Notes under the pieces: generated by a model
The model's input: only the letters and a program-made list of their open reading frames with translations
The model's database searches: none
Told to the model about the DNA's origin: nothing
Position numbers and translations under genes: made by a program
Shown: one piece after another, positions 24,229 to 36,138 of the stretch
Position numbering within the stretch: position 1 is the stretch's first letter
Layout of the letters: each line of letters opens with the position of its first letter
Origin: Balanoglossus misakiensis
Lineage: Eukaryota; Animalia; Hemichordata
Direction of reading: 5' to 3'
NCBI GenBank assembly: GCA_040954595.2
Contig: CM082584.2
Location: forward strand, 8,695,146 to 8,759,145
DNA length: 64,000 bases

Positions 24229-24583
24229 GGCCGCAGTCTCAGTCGTCTTTGCTGAAGGAGCACGGGCAGTTGTGATTGCGAGTGTGACTGTGCATAATGC
24301 AATAAGGCAGTAAGTTAATATACGAAAAAAAAGAACTGTGATCCGATTGTGGCGTTGTCAAGTGAGGGCCTGTGCGCATCAGAGTTCTCCTCGGTTACAG
24401 TTTTCAAGTGAAATGCAAAGCCTGATATTGCGAAGAGTTGGGGTCACCTTTCCTTAGTGATTAAACAGTCTTCGGTTCTATACAGATGGTAGGTTAAATC
24501 TGCGGCGAATGATCTGCGGCGCTGATAGCCCACAAACGCATCAGCACGATCCAACCACCCAACCAAGGATAATTATTGCAGCT

Positions 24584-24641
24584 ACCTCCCTCCCTCCCTC
24601 CCCCTCCCTCCCTCCCTCCCCCTCCCTCCCTCCCTCCCCCC
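24584..24641. repeat. (CCCT)n polypyrimidine tract in the divergent ST3/ST4 intergenic region
   Basis: Read directly; the other strand is (AGGG)n. Confidence 0.9.
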
Positions 24642-25885
24642 TGTAGATTTAATTAAAAGCTTACATACTTTCGCTCTGTCATAGTATTTCTTGTGTCAGA
24701 CTTAATTTGTGTCCCTTGCACTGTAATTTTAAAACGCCAGCAGGTTGTAACTACTTATCCGGGACTATGATTTCGAAGAAGACGTTCTTCCAAGTCTTTG
24801 TAGTGAAATTGCATTTTTATGCTCTGGGCATCTTTTCATGTTGTCGTTATGATTGTCGGAAAATAAATACTAGTTATATCATGAGGTTAATCCGCCATCG
24901 TCACATGTCAGAGTGCTGCCAGCTCTACTTGCGAGGTTACAAGGTGTCGACGTACATCTATCACGGTATGATTGTTCTTTTACAAAAGCCTCTTAATGAT
25001 TCAAACATCCTAAAAACGTCAGGTGGTTGGGATTTTGGAAAATTCTCCAGCTTGCAATGACGGGCAGGATAATGATGTAATGCGGGTCATGCTGAGATAA
25101 AAGAGGTCAGACCAAGAAATTGCAGCAAGTGCGCATTTCTATTGATGTGCGCTTCTGGTGCGCGGCGTCAGAATGCAAATTATCTGCAGCGACTCAGCGC
25201 TGTCATTTTAGCTCACTACAGAGATACTTCAGAACATGTACTGAATATGAACACAAATAAAAAAAAGGGAACCTATCGGAATTAATTGACATCGATGGAC
25301 GTATTCAGAATATCCATCTGTTGCATGCTTGATCATGCGCACGACAAACTTTGGCCCTTCATGACTCCCAATGTGCCAATAAAGGGTTTCATTTTTGTAG
25401 CTCACTATTGTTAGCAGAGATATTGGTAGCCTCTCTCGTCGTCCATGCAGGCTTATGGACTGATTGCATGTGAACACCATATGGGGCTTCTCCTTTGCTA
25501 AACAGTTGAGGGCGCATCAGTGAGGAGCCTTGTAGCGAACCGTGGGCTGTGAGAGAGTCTAAGATATTGGATGCTAAACTGCTAAGACCACCAGACGTTC
25601 ACAACTGAGAGAAAGGTGAATTTAATGTAACACTTCTAATATCTGACGCTATATTTATCAGGTGACGGTTAGTTGTTCGGCGTTTGTGTCACTACCAAGG
25701 ACAACAATTGTTTATTTTGCACAAGCGAAACATTGTTGTCATAGGAATCCAAGAGACGCACATCGTGCTCTCTTCATCCCTCATTTTTGACTAATCGTTC
25801 TAAAAGGTCGACTGTAACCACGCAAATTAAGCCACTGTTACCATGGAAAGTTGAGATAGCTGCAAGACACTTTGTCATGCGTAGG

Positions 25886-25892
25886 TATAAAT
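25886..25892 (+). promoter_or_regulatory. Candidate TATA box for ST4
   Basis: TATAAAT 54 bp upstream of an ATG in good Kozak context (GCAAATGG, 25940). Confidence 0.45.
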
Positions 25893-25939
25893 CTGCGATA
25901 ACGTCATCCAAAGACAGCTCTCCTCACCCCTCATAGCAA

Positions 25940-27559
25940 ATGGGGCAGTCCGAATCGATTTATGAATTATCACATAGCACGCAAGGCTCAAGGCTGATGA
26001 TCTTGTTAACAGCTAAAATGATTCTCAGCTGCGTAAGGCGGCTGAAGTTAACTCTTCTAAGGACGGTTACTTTAATCCTCGTGCTTCTCGCTATCATTTA
26101 TGTCAATTTTGACCAGACAAGGGAGCCCACAAGCACAGTTCCCGATCAAAGATACGGGTAAGGGTATTACGTTTGGCGCTGCCAGACTTTTTTTTATCTT
26201 CTCACAATGGTTTATTGTCGGGTAGACTATTTGATACACAATATGAACAACCGATTAACTGATGCGTCCATTTTATTGATATGGTAACCACTGCATTGGT
26301 AACAGCCGTAGTGTTGAACAACATTTCTGGCTTCATGATTTCCATTTCAATCACCTGTACGTTCAAAAAAGCAATATTTCAGGTTTTCTAACAGAAAGAG
26401 AGCAAAGAACTTGAACAAATTATAGCTTCCAACAAACAAAGTGATCATACTTTAATAACTGGTTGTGTTAACGTTTCGTCCGATTTCCAGAAAGCAAAAC
26501 CAGGACACGACAAATGACGTCTCCGGTCGCCAGGAACGGTCCTCACCGAAAGGGCTTGACATCCTTCCATGGTTGGCTAACAAGAACTGTCTTCCGAATT
26601 TCTTTACGAGACCAACACACCAGCAGACGTCATCAGCAAGGCCGCCCTCACACGACACCTACGTTAAGAGCACTATAGTCTTTGTACATAACCAGAAGTC
26701 GGGGGGCACGACCACGAAGTATTGTCTCAATGCCCTGATGAGATCCATCGGCGAGAAACACCCAGTGCTCGCTGCCAATCCGAACGCAGCCGAGTTCTAC
26801 ACGAGGATGCTCGGCAACGGGACAGAGCAAGATCTCGCGAGAGTCTACGTCGGCGACTCCACGTTTGGTGTATGCGAGTTCACGAAACGCCCGTGCTCTT
26901 ACTACACCATCTTGAGGGATCCTTACGAGAGACTCATATCTTCGCATAATATGTGCATACTCACGTGTAAGCACCCTCAACCACAGTGCTATGTACGGAA
27001 TGCAACGCAGCTGAGTCTGAAAGAATGGGCTCTACACCAGGGAAGTTTCTTTTTCAGACAGCTTTTGGCCAATCCCTTGTTTCTCACGAGAGAGTACTTG
27101 CAGCTGATCGACAAACTCCGGGGGCGCGAAGATCCTCCGACAGAACTGATTCCGCCATGGTGGAGAAACGAGCTCATTTTGAACCAGCTGATGGACGAAC
27201 GACAAAAAGTGATCGTTTTAGACTACGTGCTGGACCACTTGGAATCGTGGTTCGCTGTTATTGGCCTGACCAGTGATTACGACACGAATTTTCTTCTTCT
27301 TCAGCACGTTTTCAAACTTCCGTTCCACACCAAATGTTCTGGAGAGCCGCCACAAAACGAGAGGAACTATCACCATGGCGTCGAACAGAACACAAACATC
27401 ACAAAGGAGGAAACACTTGCAATGCTCCGCGAAGAACTCGCTTCCGATTCCGATGTCAAACGAGCTCTCCATTACGACATTGAGATTTACAGAAAAGCCA
27501 AGGACATTTTCAGAAGGCAAAAACTCGCATATCGCGAACTATTGAAACTGCCTATATAA
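25940..27559 (+). CDS. Type II Golgi sulfotransferase ST4, 2 exons, ~428 aa (the start could be 25997 or 26018)
   Basis: Exon 1 25940-26157 (TM TVTLILVLLAIIYV), exon 2 26491-27559, phase 2. Motifs VFVHNQKSGGTT and RDPYERLISSH. Confidence 0.91.
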
Positions 27560-28527
27560 TCTGAATGTTCAATGAAAGTGGTACCAAAGCCAGTGAGGAT
27601 GAATAAATTTGTTATAAAAACTGACGTGTTTTTGTTGATTTTTTTTGTGTATGTGTGTGTGTCACTGGTTCTGCCCGTAACTGCATCACTTTCGTCAGTA
27701 CATAGATTTTCTGCGCACGTGCCACCGATCACAGATTTTCAGTGGGTAGCACATGCGAAAAAAGTGCGCCATCACATAAACATTCAAACACTTTGACACA
27801 GTGACACCTCTGTGATAATATATGCATAATTATGTAAATTCGAGGTGACCGTATACCTTTAACAGCAGAAAGAAGAAAGTCGTACAAAACCTTCACTCCC
27901 ATTTATAGCAATGCCCGACCTAAACGAAATGGGAAATTGATGTTACAACGAGACGAAGGACTGTAATTTGGCATTTAGGCCGACGGAAACAGCTGAAAGC
28001 CTCAACAAACCGATCTGCAACCTGTGGCATCAGAAATAAATCATAACTGAATTCCTAAAGATGTTGCATTGTTTCGCTCTTACGTGCACGTGTATTCTCC
28101 ATTTTGTTTAGGGGGGAAGCTCCGCCTCCGCCCGAAGCTCACCGAATCACAGTCTGTGACAGGACTTAGCAATGTCCACACAACATTAACGTTTTATGCA
28201 ACGAATTGTAGGCCTAAATATGTCCTTTTCGAAATTTTGACTCGGTATCGTGTTTAGCCAAAATATATCATAATCACATTACATGTACATGATAGATAGC
28301 GTATACAGGAAATCTCCGTTCAGTCGTTCAGTTAATCCCCCCAACACATGCGCGCCTCAGTGATCTGCGTATGAATGCACCGCGTATGAATATTGAGTGA
28401 CGACATAGTATCCACTTGCGTGTTACTATAACAACGTACGTCCCAACTAGTGACTGTATATATCCATCCGGCGAGTGCCGACACGGAGTAAATGTACCAA
28501 CCCGTTAAGGTGAGGTACGCAGCTAAC

Positions 28528-31269
28528 ATGGCGGCCGTATCCGGTAGACGGCTTAGAGCAGTTATACGCAGCACTGCCCCCGTCGCTATCCCGATCGGTA
28601 TCCTGGTGTGCGTACTGGTTCTTTTGAGTGATACCTCTATATTTCCAATCACTAACTTGCAGAGGTGAGTATAACGTTTCGTGTTTTTATTTCACCTGTG
28701 ATATCAGCTCCGTAATAATAGATTTCTTGCCCGTCGCGCTTTCTAAATTTAACAACTTCAGATTTCACTATACCGTTACCCCCAAAGCCTTCCACCACCC
28801 TCGATTTACTTATTTTCTTGGATATTTTTAAAGAGACGTTATCGCCCTGGCGACATGTCATAACGATAATCATGATGTCATAAATTTGTGATTTATTTCC
28901 CGCCATCATTAATTTGTGATTTATGTCCGCCATTAATTTGTGTTTGCGCTGGGGGAGGGACTGTGGCTCTCCTTCCTTATTCTGCGTTATGACAGATTAC
29001 ACTTTGTCGTGCTTTAGTAAAAGTCGATTTCAGACATTTCCTTCTGGAGTGGCACTTGTTCAAATCGTCATTGGGGCTTCACCCATTTATTCGCTTAATT
29101 TAAGTGAAGAATCCCTTGAAAGCGGTCGTATACATCACGCCGGTTTTGTTCTCGTTGTTAGCCTATAGTTACATGTGATGCGAAAAGTGAATGAGTTGAT
29201 TGAAATTCTCAAAAAGACACTTCCGTATAGGGCGGAAGGGTTGCCGGTTGGGCGAGATATCATAATCAAAGGGGTGCAAATTTTGTATTAAAATGCTTCA
29301 ATCGTGTCAGAGACCAGCCTTTGATATTAATTCCCGTTCTTTTCCGTGTATTTAAAACGGTCAGACATTTCATACCGTTATTGGCATATCATTTTTTCTG
29401 CGTTGGACGCCATCTGGGAACGATTATAGGCCTACATGTATGCGCGGCTTTTGTTAAGACCAAATTTGCAAATATTTGATTATTGTATACAGATTTGTTT
29501 GAATACCAGGTTGTGCCAAGGACAACAATGAACTCGTTTTAGCTTTCTCCCACCCGTTACAAAATTTCCGCTCTGAACTTTGTTTCAGGTTGACGTTAAT
29601 CGCCGGATTTTTTCCACAAACGACGACAGATTCATTTTTTTCTCAAAGCTCTATGATGCTGACAATCCGATTTCGATAATCTCATCCCCGTGCATAGAAT
29701 TTTCACTCAAGAAAATTATTCGCAAATTATTCCGGACTACAAACGTATTCACGCGTTATGGGACGACATATCTGGGTTGCAAGTTGACATAATGTTTTCA
29801 AATGTGCTGTTTTGACCTCATAATTTTGAGTAAGAACACCACCTATGCGAAAGTACCAAGTTAGAAACGGGTTGATTGTATGGGTGACTTCAAATGACTG
29901 ACGCCAATTTTAATGTCCGACGAAAAATAACAAAATCACCTATCAAATTCATCACGTTTTCGAACATAGGCACATTTATGTCGATTGTTTTGCGAAATAC
30001 GTCAACATTTGTTACCGCTTATGTAACATGCATGCTCGGTTACAGTATGGAGTGACCGTGCTTTGCGAAATCGTGGCATCGTTACGCAACTGGCTTGGTG
30101 ATTTTAGATACTAGTAGCAAGAGACAGTGTTCATTGTTTCTCTTACAAAATATTAATGTTTCAAAAATTTCTGTATATATTATAACAATGTTATTCTTGA
30201 TTTCAGAAAAAATACGTATAATCGAGCAGTTCCAAATAGAGCTTCAGCTATTGACGCAAAATACCGCTGGATGGAAAAGCGAAATTTTCTTCCAAATTTT
30301 TACACGAGACCAACTGATGCTCACACGTTAACCAGATGGCCGCCCGATGGAGCCTACGCCAACAGCACGATAGTATTCGTGCACAACCAAAAATCTGGCG
30401 GTTCCACAGCCAAGAACTGCCTCAAAGACATCATGGAATATTACGACCTGCAGCCGCCTATGCTTGCGGCCAATCCGAATGCGGAGGAGTTCTACTCAGA
30501 GATGCTGAGCGGCGGGTCCAGTCAAGTTCTCGCGAAGTCTTACATGGGAGATTCGTCATTCGGCATCTGTGATTTTTCAAGTCAGCCGTGTTCTTATTTT
30601 ACAGTGTTGAGAGATCCCTACGAGCGAGTCATTTCCTCGCACAATATGTGTAAATTGACGGTCGACCAGGCACAGTGTGTAGTTCGGAATGCCACACAGC
30701 TGACTTTGAAAGAATGGGCGCTACACCAGGGCAGTTTCTTCTTCAGACAGCTGCTGACCAACCCGGTATTTTTCACGAAGCAGTATGCGCAGCTGGTCGA
30801 CAAACTTCGGAAACCCGAAGATCCCCCGACGGAGATGATTCCGCCGTGGTGGAGGAGCGAGCTCATTTTGAACCAGCTGATGGACGAACGACAGAAAACG
30901 ACCATTTTAGACTACGTGCTGGACAACTTGGAATCATGGTTCGCTGTCATCGGCCTGACTAGTGATTACGACACAAACTTGCTGCTCTTCCAGCGAGCCT
31001 TCAGGCTACCGTTCTACAACAGATGTGCCGGGGCAATGAGCAACAAACGACAGTACAAACTGGCGGGACAGAACTTTGACACTTCCCGACAGGAGGTGCT
31101 CGAGAAACTTCACAAAGAGCTGACTTCTGACCCGGACGTGAACCGAGCTTTGTACTACGACGTGGAAATTTATAAAAGAGCAAAAGATATTTACAGGCGC
31201 CAGAAACTTGCTTACAATCAAATGCTCCATGAAGTCCATCACCTCGATGATACTAGTCCGAGGCTTTAG
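28528..31269 (+). CDS. Type II Golgi sulfotransferase ST5, 2 exons, ~399 aa
   Basis: Exon 1 28528-28664 (MAAVSGRRLRAVIRSTAPVAIPIGILVCVLVLLS, donor AG|GTGAGT), exon 2 30207-31269, phase 2. Motifs VFVHNQKSGGST and RDPYERVISSH. Confidence 0.9.
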
Positions 31270-31683
31270 TTACATCAGTGCGTCTATGTCTCTCTCTCTG
31301 TGTCTCTCCGTGACCCTACAACTTTTCAATTAAATGTAGCCATTACTCCGGGCTGTAGCTGTTTCATATTGAAATTGATTTAACTCTGTAATTATGTATT
31401 CTTTATCATCGTTTCAGCCACTATCGAATATAAAGACATTTTCGCGCGATAAAATATTCCACTTGGAATAAAGTCTCTTCACTGTGTTAGCCTATTAGCT
31501 GCCCGAACACTCAAGTTTGAGTGTCAGAGTTTAAAAGATTTGCACAACATTTGTTTTACATATTCATGCATATCCATGGAAGTGATGCATAAGACAGCGC
31601 TTAAGGAGTGCTCCCTCCAGCGACGGAGCGGTATGGCCACTAGTACTACTACCACAACTGCAGACTAAAACTCCCGTCTCATA

Positions 31684-31717
31684 TTCTGACCATAGACTCT
31701 AGGGTCTATGTTCTGAC
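31684..31717. mobile_element. 20-bp palindrome flanked by a 7-bp direct repeat (transposon footprint or minimal MITE)
   Basis: TTCTGAC CATAGACTCT-AGGGTCTATG TTCTGAC. Confidence 0.7.
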
Positions 31718-34700
31718 CAAGGACCACAGATGAGACAAGCATAGAACCAGTGGCATACTATCAAATTTGCAATTAATTTGTAATCATGCCTCATTATCAG
31801 CGACATAAGAGAGTGGTGTTTGCTTACTTGTGCTTGATAGGTCGGGCTTCGGCAAACCTGAAGAAATGGCAGTTTCCTTCCACAAAGATTCCAGCACTTT
31901 TCCCCGAGAAGTTCTCCAAATATCCATGGAACAACAAGTCATCCTCGCCAACTTCTTCATGTTTTCATGCTTCTTACGGTATTTTGGGGAGATTGATACG
32001 TCGTCGTCATCCCACACGCTGATTTCATCATGAAAGCGGTGACACGAATAAAGTGACGCATGCAAATGAGGGGAACACCTGGTGAAGCTTGCTTGCACGT
32101 GGTCTCTCTTAACCAATGGCAATCTCTATGCACGCCTTACGCGTTTCAATCGCTAATTGGCTGACAGGAAATCAGTGTGTGCTTCACGATTGGCCATGTT
32201 TTACAATAAGTGTTGTTGATCTGTTGTAAGCCGGGTAACGTGTATTATCCTATTCATATCATCATCACCTGTGATATGCGCGAGGTGTTACCCTGTCGTT
32301 CATTATGGATTTCGACAAATATAATAAAAACGAAAGAATACATGTTATCAACGTAGGTGGCGTATGTAGAAGGCATACACTCAGGAAACACTGGGTCAAT
32401 AAGTATTCTTTAGATAAACTAACGTTATCCTCGTGCACACACACACGCACACCAAAACCACAATGAATTATCCTTTACATTAATTGTACTTTTATTTATT
32501 TGCTTGTCAGAAGAAACAACAAAGATGACAAAAGGTGGTAGGTAGGTATTATACACTTCAAATCATCTGCAGAGAACAGCTTCCGCAAAAAATGGCAAAG
32601 ATAACATGATATATACCGCCAACTGCGACTATTACTAAATCATGAATTATTTTTCTCTCTCTCAAATCTGTCTTAAAATCTACTGGGCACAGCCTCTCTG
32701 TCCACCTACCAAAACCCTGAAACTCAGTAATGATAAAAGTTCAAACAGGTTGCATACATGGATATTTTTTTTTGTAGTGATATATACATATGCATTGTGC
32801 TGTAAAACACTGAATAAAACCATCTGGCTTTTTTTGGCACAGTGTTGTTTAGCCAGGTGCGGATCATAGTGTGTTCCCAGTATCAAACCAGATGAGATAG
32901 CTGGCATGAACATCTATTTAAGAAGGGTATGGAGTCTAGACCACTAACTATCCAGTATTAACACCCAACCTTTTTTTTAAAAACGCTGAAGAGATTAAAT
33001 CGTTCCATATACATTGTTGTGCTATGTCCACAGCATACAACCACAATCCACAAGTAAAAAGAGCTTACAACATACTTTGATACAGATACTTAATAAGTAG
33101 TAGTAGTAGCAAGGTCTGTTTGAACTCACCCTCATTTTCAATCATATTTTTTTCCCTCTTCTTTTCAGAGTTAAAATTCTCCCTTTAGAGTATCAACACA
33201 TTTTGTACACAAAAAAATATTAAAATAAACAGGTGGGTACCTTAAAAATGACATCACTATGAACAAATTATACAGGAACTACTGACAGACCTAAAATTGA
33301 ATTTCTCTCTACTTTTAAAACTGTTTGAACCAGCTAAACTTTTGGGGCCGATAACTATACTTTACTTAAAACTCGCATTTATGAAAATACGACTTTTTTT
33401 CTAAATACCGGCTTTTTCCAACACAACTGTTTATGCCCTTATAAAATGTCTTGGAATGGAAGAAAAACATGGGTAATCTTCACAGTTAGAATATATTTAT
33501 TAATTTCGGGCAAAAATCTGAAGTGAAATACTGATTCTTGGTGTCATCTGTCACGGGGAAAGATTTGAGAAACTGGTCACCTGGAGTCTCATGGTTAAAA
33601 TCAGCCCAATACTAATAGTACACCAATGTTAAGAGCAGGGGTGGGGGTAATTCGTGTCTTGATGTTAGTAATTGATTCCATGGCCTAAAATGCTATCTCC
33701 ACAAATACCATTATTTGTTGGGGTCAATTTGCTAAATAAATATACTACAGGAGTTAGTTGAAATTTTTCACGAGTTCCCTTGGTGTTTAAGAGCCCCTCG
33801 CTCAGCCCAGGTCGATCGAAGTGTCTCTAGTCCATTTCCTTAGACCAAAACAAACTGAGGGGTCGAGTGTCACCAAGGGTCTCTTGAAACACCCACCTTG
33901 CAGAAATCAAATCAAATTTACTAGGGATCTGGATGAAGATAGCCACTCCATAGTTTTATATATTTAAAAAAAAAAGAAAATTTTCCCATCTCACTAAATT
34001 ATGCTTAGAGACTCCAGAAACACAGCTCAAAATCGGTGCGTGCATCAGATGAAGATTATCACAAAATAATATGCATAGCTATACGTTTTATCCACCAAAT
34101 ATGTAATAGTATCTTTCAATGGTGCTCCGTAGGACAATTGGAAAACTTGTGGTAGGTAGCCTCCGTTAAAAAATCCCCTTTTCTCAAAAGAGAGTAAATG
34201 TTTCTGCTGAAAATAAAAAAACTGAGCACAAGGTTAAGAAATAAGTCATTTTGACGAATTTTCACTGCAACAATTCTTTCGGTATGTGTTTAACTTTTCA
34301 CAAAGCAAGGTGGGGGGACTTTGGCATAGCCACAAAACTCTCAGAGAGAAACCATCCCAAATAACAAAGAAGAAGAAAAAGGTGATTCCAAACAGTGTTC
34401 CTAAAGTGCACTTTTTTAGTCCATGGCAGTGAAATGTACATGACAAATTTTAACACATATTTTTATCTGATTATTTTTCTAAGAACTATTAGTCTATCTT
34501 TTGTATGTTACGATGGTGGGACCCAGTTGGCCACAATGCTTGTGCATGCCAGAAGAGATTTTTGGACATTTGGACTTTGTCTTTTACCAAAAGAACAACT
34601 GAAATGTCTTTTTTTGTGTGTCTTTGCCTTTTTTTGAAGTCGGCAGGATTATAACACGGAGGCAAAACCAGTTTGCTGTTTTGTGAAGAAATCCTGCTTT

Positions 34701-34821
34701 TGGCCTGAGTGAATAAAAACAAAAATACAAGGAAGCCTGTAAATTTTACTCAGTATGAGTAAATTTATCGTTTGACTGGCATTCAGCTTTCAAACATAAA
34801 AATGAATTTTCCTCCTCTTGG

Positions 34822-34915
34822 TTAAACCCCTTCACCACCTTGCTTTGGTCCAGTCCCATTATTTTTAATGGCAAGTTTGGACCAAAACACATTTAAATGG
34901 GGGTGAATGGGTCAA
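34822..34915. mobile_element. ~95-bp TTAA-type MITE, family copy 2 (degenerate)
   Basis: TTAAACCCCTTCACCACC...GGGGGTGAATGGGTCAA. Confidence 0.55.
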
Positions 34916-36138
34916 TGCAGTGCACCGAGGCCAACTGGCACAGAAAGAAGTGTTTATGAATACAAACGAAATGAGGTATGTTTATGTAGAGGGCGCAGCC
35001 ACCAGTAAGCAGATGAGATAAAAACAATCTCAAGAGAAACAATAAAATATTTACCAACTAACAGAATTAAAAACTTGTCTTTTCAATAATAATAATAATA
35101 ATAATAAAATTAATTGGATTTGTTCACTTTTTGATAACATGTTATACAAAAATATTTCAAAATTTATGAAAGGGCTTCTTTAAAAAAGACACTGACCGAA
35201 ATTTAATAATTCACGATGTTACTATAATACAAAATACCACAGGATAAGAGAGCAACCAAAATGGGATATGCATTGCACATTGAAAGTGCAAAACTAGGAA
35301 CTGCATACATACACATCCCAATTGTGTGAACTGGTTGGGTTAAAACGACTATAATAATGTAATGTAATTACATTAAACCATACACATTACTTAGTGCTAC
35401 AGGTAATGGCTATTTTTTTTTCTCGTTTTCGTTTGCAGTTTTTCACCTTTTTTTGTCTTATTTCTGTTGTAATTTTTCCCGACTAACTGCCAGTCTCTCT
35501 TGATGATAGTTGATATCTATGGAAATGAGACCTCTTATGACTAAATAGTTACGACTAGATATTGGTTGGTTTTCTCTTCTCTTCTCCAGTGACTACATAG
35601 TACCGCAAATTTATACACATCGTCTGTGACATCAACCACACACACTGTTGAAATGTCAAGACACAAGATTTCCCTTGTATTAGGCGTTTTTGGAAGGATC
35701 TCCCGGAATACAGGGAGTTTCTCAAGAGTCGTTTTAAAAAATCCATCATTTTCAACTGATGCTTTCAAGGTACTTAATAAGCCTAAAATCCCAAGATATT
35801 GGTGTGGTCTGCAATCTATACAATACAGACTTCATGGAAGCTTGTAGATTCTCTTCTGTTCCTTTTAATTCCTCTTCGTCAGTTTCACTACGATGTCACT
35901 AAGTTCAAGTGTTCAGTGAGAAATTCCAGGAAGGGTCTTCAATGTGTATACTATATATAAAAAGTGAATAAACTTCCTCGACCATGTAGCCTTCAAAGTG
36001 ATTTTTTTCCAGGGTACAGTTCTTGTGTTTTGTCTCTCATCACTCCTATGGAGAATTCCCCTCTTAGTGTTTGCATACAGTCTGGGAGGGGGATGCATGT
36101 TTTCCCCATACATCTTATTTGTGCGCTGGCATCGGTTA

